Below, in pieces: positions 56,869 through 64,000 of a stretch of 64,000 nt of DNA; positions within the stretch are counted from its first letter, which is position 1, and every line of letters starts with the position of its first letter. The position numbers were made by a program, and so were the translations under genes. Origin of the DNA: Spirochaetia bacterium (GTDB taxonomy: Bacteria > Spirochaetota > Spirochaetia > SZUA-6 > Bin103); NCBI GenBank assembly GCA_965203905.1, contig CBDBDQ010000005.1:7232001-7296000 (forward strand), given 5' to 3'. The notes beneath the pieces are model-generated. The model searched no databases. It saw only the letters and a list, made by a program, of their open reading frames with translations, and was not told the origin of the DNA.

Positions 56869-57702
56869 ATGGAGTTCATACCCCTTACCGACGTGCAGCA
56901 GCGCTCGTTCGACGAGCATGGCTTCGTGGTGGTGCGCAACGCCATCGACGCGGACGTGGTGCAGCGGCTGACCGCCGCGGGCGACCGCTTCATGGAGACC
57001 GCGGGACCGGTCCACAACTTCTACGCCAACCGCTACATCGACATGTGGTACGACGACACCCTGCTGGGCCTGGCCACCAATCCGCGCATCCTGCCGCTGA
57101 TCGTGCAGCTCCTGTCGCCGGGCATCCAGCTCACGCGCACCCACATCATCTACAAGCACCCGCAGCCGCGCTCGGACGATCCGCTGTACCCGGACGGCGA
57201 CGGACGCTCGTTCCGCAACTGGCACCGCGACCTGAACAACTTCGCGCCCAACCATCCAATCCGCGGCACCGTGTCGATCCGGGTCGGCTACTGTCTGACC
57301 GACTTCACCGAGCCTTGTTCGGGTGTAACCCTGCTGGTCCCCGGCAGCCACCGCCTGGTGGAGCAGATACGGATTCCCAAGGGATCGTTGGATCCGACGG
57401 GCTACGTGGAGCTGCCGCTGCAGCCGGGCGACGCCTACCTGTTCAGCAGCTCCTGCTACCACTTCCCCGCGCTCAACTTTCAGCGCAGCCCGGCCAAGGG
57501 CATCCTGGTGACCTACGCCTACCGCTGGTGGAGCCACCGTCACCCGCGCCCCGCGGACGAGCTGCTGGAGACGCTGGATCCGATTGCCCGCCAACTCTTC
57601 GGCGACGCCCCCGACGACGAGGAACAGCTCCCGCTGCGTCACTGGGCGCGCGAGCACGGCCTGCCCAACGCCGAGGTCCCGCCGATGCGGATCTTCGTGT
57701 AG
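56869..57702 (+). CDS. PhyH-family dioxygenase
   Basis: FDEHGFVV, WHRD, VPGSH, PGDAYLF..YH. Confidence 0.88.
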   Translation: MEFIPLTDVQQRSFDEHGFVVVRNAIDADVVQRLTAAGDRFMETAGPVHNFYANRYIDMWYDDTLLGLATNPRILPLIVQLLSPGIQLTRTHIIYKHPQPRSDDPLYPDGDGRSFRNWHRDLNNFAPNHPIRGTVSIRVGYCLTDFTEPCSGVTLLVPGSHRLVEQIRIPKGSLDPTGYVELPLQPGDAYLFSSSCYHFPALNFQRSPAKGILVTYAYRWWSHRHPRPADELLETLDPIARQLFGDAPDDEEQLPLRHWAREHGLPNAEVPPMRIFV

Positions 57703-59868
57703 GTGGCGGGCGCGTACTACCGGGACGATGAACGGCGGCGGGTGCTCGGCAACGGGCGCTGCCGGATCGTGTGGACCCGGAACGGAGATGGGGGCGCGGC
57801 GGTCGGCAGGTGCAGCGAGTACCAGATCCGGGCCGCGGACGGCTGGGAGACCCTGGCGCGTGGCGGGCTGCCCGACTCCGGCCCGGTGCAGGTGGTGGCG
57901 CAACTCGCCGAAGGGGTGTTTGCCGACCGCGACTTCGAGCGCCAGTTCCGCACCACCGGCATGTGGCGGGACGGACCGATGCAGTTCACCTACCCGCACC
58001 AGGTCCTGCACCGCGCCGGCGCCGCCGAGTGCAAGCCGGTCGAGACCGCCGACGGGGCCAAGGAAGTGTGCTGGCGGTATACGCTCGGGGCCGGCGGGGA
58101 GTGGCAGGTGGAGAGCCGCCACACCGTGTGGGCCGACTCCCCGCACGTCCTGGAGCGGGTGCGCGTTACCCGCGGCGCCGCCGGCGGTCCCGTGCGGGTG
58201 CGCTGCGCCTGGCACGTGGAGCACATCCCGCCGGAACTGACCAGCAGCTCGATCAAGGCGGTCACCCACGCCGGCTGGCGCCTGCCCGCCGGGACCTTCC
58301 TGGTGCTGGCCCAGCAGGTGGACGCCCGCCGCTGGACCCCGCTGTCGGGCGGCGGTGGCATGGTCAACCTCACGCTGGGCGACCGCAGCGGCGATCCGCA
58401 GCAGTACATCGACGGCAAGTACCAGGTCTCGCCGCGGCAGGCGCTGCTGCACCAGGCACCGCCCTGCATGGACAGCCAGGGCTGGCTGGAGCTGCGCCCC
58501 GGCGACAGCTACGAGCTGGCCCACTACGTGATCATGCACCCCGAGTACCCGTTCACGCGCTCCTTCATCGATTACCTGCACTGCCTGCAGCCGCAGGAGT
58601 ACCTGCCGCCGCGCTATCCGTGGAGCCACTTCATCGCCAAGTGCAGCTGGACCCTGCGCCACACCCCGAACGGCTACGAGGACGGCGGCGACTGGGGCCT
58701 CTACTGGAAGAACTGGTACAACCTCACCGCGGATCCGCGCTGCCCGAAGACGGGCATCGAGAAGGTGCACAGCCTCGACTGGGGGGCCTCGTGGGACATC
58801 TGGACCGCCTGCTTCCTGCTGCTCTACGCGGAGCGCTACGACGACGCGTGGAGCCGTGAGCGCTACACCCGGCTGCGCAACGCCATCGTCGACCTGCCGT
58901 GGCAGATCGACGATCCCGCCTCGCCGGTGGACGGCGCCTACTGGATGGAGCGCGACGAGCACGGCGACTTCCACATCTCCAACTGGATGGCGAACCGCTA
59001 CAGCCCCAGGACGCTGTGGGTGTGCGACGCCGGCAAGGTGGGCTATTTCCTGTGTCTGCTGTACGAGAAGACCGGCGACGCGGTGCTGCTGCAGCGGGCG
59101 CGCAAGGCGGCGGCCTTCCTGCTGCGCCGCCAGCAGGCCGACGGCGACCTGGACTGCAGCGTGATGCTGCAGGAGGGGACCGCGATCTGGCCCTCCAACC
59201 TCGGCGGCGTGACCTGCGCCGTGCTGCTGTGGGCGAAGCTGTACGCCGTCACCGGTGAGCTGCGCTACCTGGAGGCGGCGCGGCGGGCGGCGGCCTTCTC
59301 TCACCGCGCCTGGCTGTCGAACGACCGCTGGCAGATGCACGGCGGCGAGATCGACTCCTTCGGCCTGCCCGACTCCACCACCGCCATGTACGCGACCATG
59401 GGCTACGCCGCGCTCGCCCTCGCCGGCGGCGAGGAAGCGCACCGGGCGATGACCCGCGACGCCGCCAACTACCTGGTGGCGCAGCAGTGGCTGTTCGACA
59501 TCAACTACGGCTACTACCGCAAGGAGGCGCGCTGGAACGGAATGGACTGCAAGACCGTGGGCGCGCTGCAGGGCTGGATACGGCCCGAGTGCACCATGTG
59601 CATGTACCTGGCCTTCAAGGCCACCGGCGACCCGCGGTACCGTTACAGCATGGAGCAGCACGCGGCCTGGATGACCTACATGCAGTACGACAACCCGGAC
59701 AGCCCCAGAACCTTCGGCGGCGGCCACGAGGTGTTCGAGGTGCCGGCCGACCAGATCAACGGCTTCGGCTCCAACTTCTGGCCGGAGACCGTGGGCCAGG
59801 CGGTCGCCATGCTGCTGCTGATGGCCGACGACGAAGCGCAGGAGGGACAATGGAACAGCATTCGATAG
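57703..59868 (+). CDS. Hypothetical protein with C-terminal alpha/alpha toroid (six-hairpin glycosidase-like)
   Basis: Repeated LYEKTGD..LQRARKAA, LYAVTGELRYLEAA, AFKATGDPRY helical hairpins. Confidence 0.6.
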   Translation: MAGAYYRDDERRRVLGNGRCRIVWTRNGDGGAAVGRCSEYQIRAADGWETLARGGLPDSGPVQVVAQLAEGVFADRDFERQFRTTGMWRDGPMQFTYPHQVLHRAGAAECKPVETADGAKEVCWRYTLGAGGEWQVESRHTVWADSPHVLERVRVTRGAAGGPVRVRCAWHVEHIPPELTSSSIKAVTHAGWRLPAGTFLVLAQQVDARRWTPLSGGGGMVNLTLGDRSGDPQQYIDGKYQVSPRQALLHQAPPCMDSQGWLELRPGDSYELAHYVIMHPEYPFTRSFIDYLHCLQPQEYLPPRYPWSHFIAKCSWTLRHTPNGYEDGGDWGLYWKNWYNLTADPRCPKTGIEKVHSLDWGASWDIWTACFLLLYAERYDDAWSRERYTRLRNAIVDLPWQIDDPASPVDGAYWMERDEHGDFHISNWMANRYSPRTLWVCDAGKVGYFLCLLYEKTGDAVLLQRARKAAAFLLRRQQADGDLDCSVMLQEGTAIWPSNLGGVTCAVLLWAKLYAVTGELRYLEAARRAAAFSHRAWLSNDRWQMHGGEIDSFGLPDSTTAMYATMGYAALALAGGEEAHRAMTRDAANYLVAQQWLFDINYGYYRKEARWNGMDCKTVGALQGWIRPECTMCMYLAFKATGDPRYRYSMEQHAAWMTYMQYDNPDSPRTFGGGHEVFEVPADQINGFGSNFWPETVGQAVAMLLLMADDEAQEGQWNSIR

Positions 59869-61424
59869 TGCCCGAAGTGACGCGCACCGGCGGCCGGCTG
59901 CACGACCCCGCGGCGCGCCCGCGGGTGGCGATCGGTGCCATCTTCACCGAGTGCAACCACCTCGGCGGCGCCCCGATCGACCGCTCCTGGTACGAGCGCT
60001 ACGAGCTGCTGCGCGGCGAGGAGCTGCTGGCCGGCGCCACCGGGGCGGTGGCCGGCATGCTGGGCGTGCTGCGCGAGCGGTACCTGGCGCCGGTGCCGCT
60101 GCTGTACGCCAGCACCTGCGCCGGCGGCCCGCTCACCAGGGACACCTACGAGGAACTGAAGGGCGAGATTCTCGGGCGGCTGCAGGCGGCGCTGCCGGTG
60201 GACGGCGTGTTGCTGCCGTTGCACGGCGCCGCGGCTGCCGAGCACGTGGGCGACCCCGAGGGCGATCTGATCGGTGCGGTGCGCGCGCTGGTGGGCGCGG
60301 ACACGCCGGTGGTGGCCAGCCTCGACCTGCACGCCCACGTCACCGCGGCGATGGTGGGCGGGGCCGACGCCCTGGTGGCCTGGGAGACCTACCCCCACCG
60401 CGACGCCGTCTCCACCGGGCAGCGCGCCGCGCGGCTGCTGGCCGACGCCGTGGCCGGGCGCTGCCGGCCCACCATGGCGCTGGCCAAGGTGCCGGTGGTG
60501 ACCGGCGCGACCAACGGCTCCACCGAGGGCGCCGGCCCGTTCGCCGACCTGATGCGCCGCGCCAAGGCGCTGGAGGAGAATGCCGGCGTGCTGTCCACCA
60601 GCATGTTCCTGGTGCACCCCTACCTCGATCTGCCCGACATGGGCAGCGGCGCGCTGGTGGTCACCGACGCCGACCCGGAACGCGCGGCGCAGCTCGCCAC
60701 CGAACTAGCGGAGGAGTACTGGCAGCGCCGCGCCGAGCTGGAGCCGGAGGTCCACACCCCCGAACAGGCGGTGGCCGCCGGGCTGCAAGTGGAGGGCACG
60801 GTGCTGCTGGTGGAGACCGCCGATTGCTGCGGCGGCGGCGCCGCCGGCGACAGCGCGGCTTCCCTCAAGGCGCTGCTGGAGGCCGCCCTGCCCGGCCCCG
60901 CCCTGGTGCCGGTGGTGGATCCGGCGGCGGCGCGCGCCTGCCACGACGCCGGCGCCGGGAACCCCGTCACCGTGGCCGTGGGCCACGCGCTCGATCCACA
61001 GTGGGGCGAGCCGGTCACCGTGACCGGCCGCGTGCTGCGCCTCGGCGACGGCGGCTTCCGCTACCGCGGCGGCATCTGGGACGGCGTGGAAGGCGCCATG
61101 GGCCCGAGCGCCGTGCTCGAAGTCCCCTCCCGCGGCGGTCCCGGCGCCGTGCGCATCCTGCTGGCCACCCACGCCACCTACGACTGGGCCGACGAGCAGT
61201 TCCGCTCCGTGGACCTCGACCCGGCCGAGGCCAAGTTCATCGTCGCCAAGAATCCGATGAACTACCACCTTGCCTACTCGCCCATCGCCGCCGCCACCTA
61301 CATCCTGGACACCCCCGGCCCCACCCCGGCCACCGTTCGCAACGTCCCCTTCCGCAACCTGCAGCGCCCCTGGTTCCCCGCCGACCCCGACATCCCCAAC
61401 CTGCGCCCCACCCTCCTCACGTAG
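59850..61424 (+). CDS. M81-family (MlrC-like) metallopeptidase
   Basis: FTECNH, LHGA, DPEGD, SLDLHAH, YPHRD, DTPG. Confidence 0.9.
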   Translation: MEQHSIVPEVTRTGGRLHDPAARPRVAIGAIFTECNHLGGAPIDRSWYERYELLRGEELLAGATGAVAGMLGVLRERYLAPVPLLYASTCAGGPLTRDTYEELKGEILGRLQAALPVDGVLLPLHGAAAAEHVGDPEGDLIGAVRALVGADTPVVASLDLHAHVTAAMVGGADALVAWETYPHRDAVSTGQRAARLLADAVAGRCRPTMALAKVPVVTGATNGSTEGAGPFADLMRRAKALEENAGVLSTSMFLVHPYLDLPDMGSGALVVTDADPERAAQLATELAEEYWQRRAELEPEVHTPEQAVAAGLQVEGTVLLVETADCCGGGAAGDSAASLKALLEAALPGPALVPVVDPAAARACHDAGAGNPVTVAVGHALDPQWGEPVTVTGRVLRLGDGGFRYRGGIWDGVEGAMGPSAVLEVPSRGGPGAVRILLATHATYDWADEQFRSVDLDPAEAKFIVAKNPMNYHLAYSPIAAATYILDTPGPTPATVRNVPFRNLQRPWFPADPDIPNLRPTLLT

Positions 61425-61504
61425 TACCAGAAGGATCGAGTACCGGTACGCCGGTTGGTTCGAAATGCCGGACATTGGACATTGCGGGTCACCACCGTCA
61501 GGCC
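61417..61504 (-). pseudogene. VapC/PIN toxin C-terminal relic
   Basis: [22 protein letters not shown] after removing a 7-nt duplication (GGACATT x2, 61470-61483). Confidence 0.7.
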
Positions 61505-61591
61505 GAGGAAGCGCGCCAGGTGATCCTGCTCCCGCTTCATGTCGGTGTTGAGCAGCGTCGCGTAGCCCTCGCGGCCGCCCCAAACACGTAG
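61505..61591 (-). pseudogene. xylA: Xylose isomerase micro-fragment
   Basis: [26 protein letters not shown], the signature region of class II XylA. Confidence 0.8.
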
Positions 61592-61720
61592 TGTCTTCCA
61601 TGGCAACTCCCGGAACCTACGGCAACAACACGTGCCCGGTGGGCAAACCCCGAGCCGGCGGGTACCATCCGCGCTTGTCACGCCACTCCTGCCGATCGGC
61701 ACCCGCTTGATCACGAACAG

Positions 61721-61778
61721 TTGACATGCAAGCACACGCTTGCATATATTGGGCCTTGACATGCAAGCAAACACTTGC
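61721..61778 (+). promoter_or_regulatory. Promoter with tandem palindromic ArsR-type operators
   Basis: TTGACATGCAAGC-ACAC-GCTTGCAT(ATATT) followed by TTGACATGCAAGCAAACACTTGC. Confidence 0.7.
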
Positions 61779-62077
61779 CGGAGACTGGTCTTGTGGACGT
61801 GTATCGCGCGATCGCTGACCCAACCAGGCGAGCCATCCTGGATGAACTCGTCGATCGGTCAGGTCAGTCGCTCTTCGAACTCTGCGCACGCCTAACCATG
61901 AAGCACGGCATCAACTCCTCACGGCAGGCGATCACGCAACACCTGGGCGTCTTGGAGGCCGCCGGGCTGATTCGCACGAGGCGCGAGGGGAGGTCGAAGC
62001 TCCATTGGTTCGAGACCAGCCCGCTGAAGGCCATCGCGGAACGTTGGCCGATCTCAACAGATGAAAGGGAGATGTGA
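61775..62077 (+). CDS. ArsR/SmtB-family transcriptional regulator
   Basis: [36 protein letters not shown]. Confidence 0.9.
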   Translation: MPETGLVDVYRAIADPTRRAILDELVDRSGQSLFELCARLTMKHGINSSRQAITQHLGVLEAAGLIRTRREGRSKLHWFETSPLKAIAERWPISTDEREM

Positions 62078-62080
62078 AAG

Positions 62081-62476
62081 ATGAGGATTCACCTGGCCGG
62101 CGTCTTCGTAGACGACCAACAGAAGGCGCTTCGCTTTTACACCGAAACGCTTGGCTTCCAGCTCAAGCACAACATTCCCTTGGGCGAGTACGCCTGGATC
62201 ACGGTGGTATCCGCGGAAGACCCTGAGGGGACGGAGTTTCTGCTTGAGCCTGATGCCCATCCCGCGGTCCGTCCGTTCTTGAAGGCGATTGTGGAGGACG
62301 GGATCCCCAGTACCTCCTTCGCGGTCGACGACGTGCAAGCCGAATACGAGCGTCTCGTGGCAAAAGGTGTGCGATTCGTACAGCCGCCAACAGACCTCGG
62401 GACGGTCATCACCGCGATACTCGACGATACGTGCGGCAACTTGATCCAGATCCAAGAGGAGAAACCCCAACCGTAA
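62081..62476 (+). CDS. VOC/glyoxalase family protein
   Basis: VFVDDQQKALRFYTETLGF..FAVDDV..DDTCGNLIQI. Confidence 0.92.
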   Translation: MRIHLAGVFVDDQQKALRFYTETLGFQLKHNIPLGEYAWITVVSAEDPEGTEFLLEPDAHPAVRPFLKAIVEDGIPSTSFAVDDVQAEYERLVAKGVRFVQPPTDLGTVITAILDDTCGNLIQIQEEKPQP

Positions 62477-62783
62477 CGACCTTGCCAAGAACGCGGTCAT
62501 CCGGCTCGCCTATGCGGTGGCCGCCGACCTTCACGCCCACCAGGTCACGGCGTTGGCGCTCACGCCGGGCCTGATGCGCTCCGAGGCGGTGCTCGACCAC
62601 TGCGGGGTCACCGAGGCGAGCTGGACTCCATTGCCGCGGACCCGTACTTCGCCAGTCCGAGACGCCGTGCTGCGTCGGGCGGGCGGTGGCGGCCCTACTA
62701 GCCGCCGACCGGGACGTCGGGGCCAGGAGCGGCGGCCTGTTCTCGATCTGGGGGACTGGCGAAGGAGTACGGCCTCACCGGCG
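62477..62783 (+). pseudogene. 3' relic of an SDR oxidoreductase
   Basis: DLAKNAVIRLAYAVAADL..ALTPGLMRSEAVLDH.GVTEASW, then frameshifted GRAVAALLAA..LAKEYGLT. Confidence 0.72.
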
Positions 62784-62888
62784 AGCGCCTGCGCATGCAC
62801 CGGGGCGCGGCGCTGTTGCCGCTCGATGCCGCGCTCCGCTGCCGCCGACCCCTTGCCAGCGGGCCGCACGCGTCCCCACAGTAGCGGC

Positions 62889-63935
62889 ATGAACCAGCGA
62901 ACCAAATTCGATCCGCTCAGGCTGCTGGACGCGCTGCACGCGGGAGCGAAGCGCGACTGTGCCTTCACCGCCACGAGCGCCGCCGCCGCACGCGCATGGC
63001 AGGCACACGCCGGGCCCGTGCTCGCCGGGCACCTGGGCTTCCTCGACCGGCCGGCGCCGCCGGTGGAGGCCGAGCTTGAGCAGACCGTCGACCGCGGCTC
63101 CTACGTCCGCGAGCGGGTGGTCCTGCGCACCTGGCCCGATGCGACGATGCCGGTCTACGTGCTGGTGCCGAAGGGCCTCACCGGGCCGGCGCCGTGCGTG
63201 CTGGCCCTGCACGGGCACGGCTACGGCGTGCGCGACATCGTCGGGCTGTGGGAGGACGGATCCGAGCGCTGGGAGCCGGATGGCTACCACAAGGACTTCG
63301 GCTGCGCCCTGGCCGAGCGCGGCTTCGTAGTCGTGGCGCCCGAGATAAGCTGCTTCGGCGAGCGGCGCGCCGACTATTCGGCGCTCGCGGACGAGCTCGC
63401 CGGCACCGCGCCGACCACCTGCCACAACGCCGCCACCTACGCCTCCATGCTGGGCGGCTCGATGCTGGGCTTGCGCGTCTGGGACGGGATGCGCGCCGTC
63501 GACTACCTGGCCACGCGGCCGGACGCCGACAGCGTCCGCCTGGGGGCCATGGGCATCTCCGGCGGCGGCGCGCACGCCTACTTCTCCACCGCGTGCGACG
63601 ACCGCATCCGTGCCTGCGTCATCTCCGGCTACTTCTGCGACTGGCGGCAGAGCATCCTCACCTTCCACCACTGCACCTGCAACTTCGTGCCCGGCCTGCT
63701 GCGGCACGGCGAGCTCAGCGACTTCGCGGGACTGATCGCCCCGCGCCCCTGCCTGATCGAGGCGGGCCGGCGGGACACGATTTTCCCCATCGACGGCGTG
63801 CGCGCGACGGTACAGCGGGCGCGGGCGGCGTGGCGCGCCTTCGGAGCCGAGGACGCGCTCGTCACCGACGAGTTCGACGGCCGCCACCAGATCAGCGGCC
63901 GGCTCGCCTACGACTTCCTCGCCCGCCACCTCTGA
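62889..63935 (+). CDS. Alpha/beta hydrolase (dienelactone hydrolase / esterase-like)
   Basis: VLALHGHG, GISGGG nucleophile elbow, HHCTCNFVPGL, LIAPRP, DTIFP, GRH. Confidence 0.88.
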   Translation: MNQRTKFDPLRLLDALHAGAKRDCAFTATSAAAARAWQAHAGPVLAGHLGFLDRPAPPVEAELEQTVDRGSYVRERVVLRTWPDATMPVYVLVPKGLTGPAPCVLALHGHGYGVRDIVGLWEDGSERWEPDGYHKDFGCALAERGFVVVAPEISCFGERRADYSALADELAGTAPTTCHNAATYASMLGGSMLGLRVWDGMRAVDYLATRPDADSVRLGAMGISGGGAHAYFSTACDDRIRACVISGYFCDWRQSILTFHHCTCNFVPGLLRHGELSDFAGLIAPRPCLIEAGRRDTIFPIDGVRATVQRARAAWRAFGAEDALVTDEFDGRHQISGRLAYDFLARHL

Positions 63936-64000
63936 CCGCGCGCACGAAAGGCAGAGCGTTCGTGTTGTTGTTGGATATACTTGAGCTCCTCGTCGGATTT

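Noticed and set aside
8945-57702. PhyH proteins as possible halogenases
   Set aside because: All four keep the HxD carboxylate (HRD, HQD, HCD, HRD) rather than HxG/A
1-64000. Many long overlapping or antisense ORFs (e.g. 40656..43952, 56797..59850, 52618..55314, 11547..13865)
   Set aside because: Shadow frames of GC-rich genes; Arg/Gly/Ala-rich with no motifs and opposite well-supported CDSs
1-64000. CRISPR array, tRNA, rRNA, integrase, transposase
   Set aside because: No regularly spaced repeats, RNA gene signatures or catalytic motifs recognised by eye

Overview
GC-rich bacterial DNA. The signal-peptide style of the solute-binding proteins, four PhyH dioxygenases and the Uma2/AAA-PD-(D/E)XK/HNH families resemble sponge-associated Spirochaetaceae, but this is inference only. 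The backbone is scavenging/catabolic: four family-5 (Opp/Dpp-like) binding proteins with permeases, a tandemly doubled CUT1 sugar ABC cassette, a sulfatase, an SDR, an Ldh_2 dehydrogenase, a deacetylase, M20 and M81 peptidases, and large glycosidase-like proteins. No ABC ATPase gene is present. Interleaved with this are a Gabija-type OLD nuclease + UvrD pair, an AlbA_2/ATPase protein, an HNH protein and about eight toxin-antitoxin modules or relics. The most striking unexplained structure recurs with no integrase or transposase in the window: gene - cargo - diverged second copy of the gene's 3' part. The duplicated oppC fragment at the 30261 junction differs from its intact twin only at synonymous sites, which points to additive uptake of DNA from relatives (or an assembly chimera). 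Other notable signals are several in-frame 'N-terminus joined to C-terminus' mini-genes, two fixed-spacing 87-bp TACTTGAC sites bracketing a TA module, and attC-like cores around Gabija. No rRNA, tRNA, CRISPR array, integrase or transposase was recognised. All family calls are from motif recognition by eye; no searches were run.
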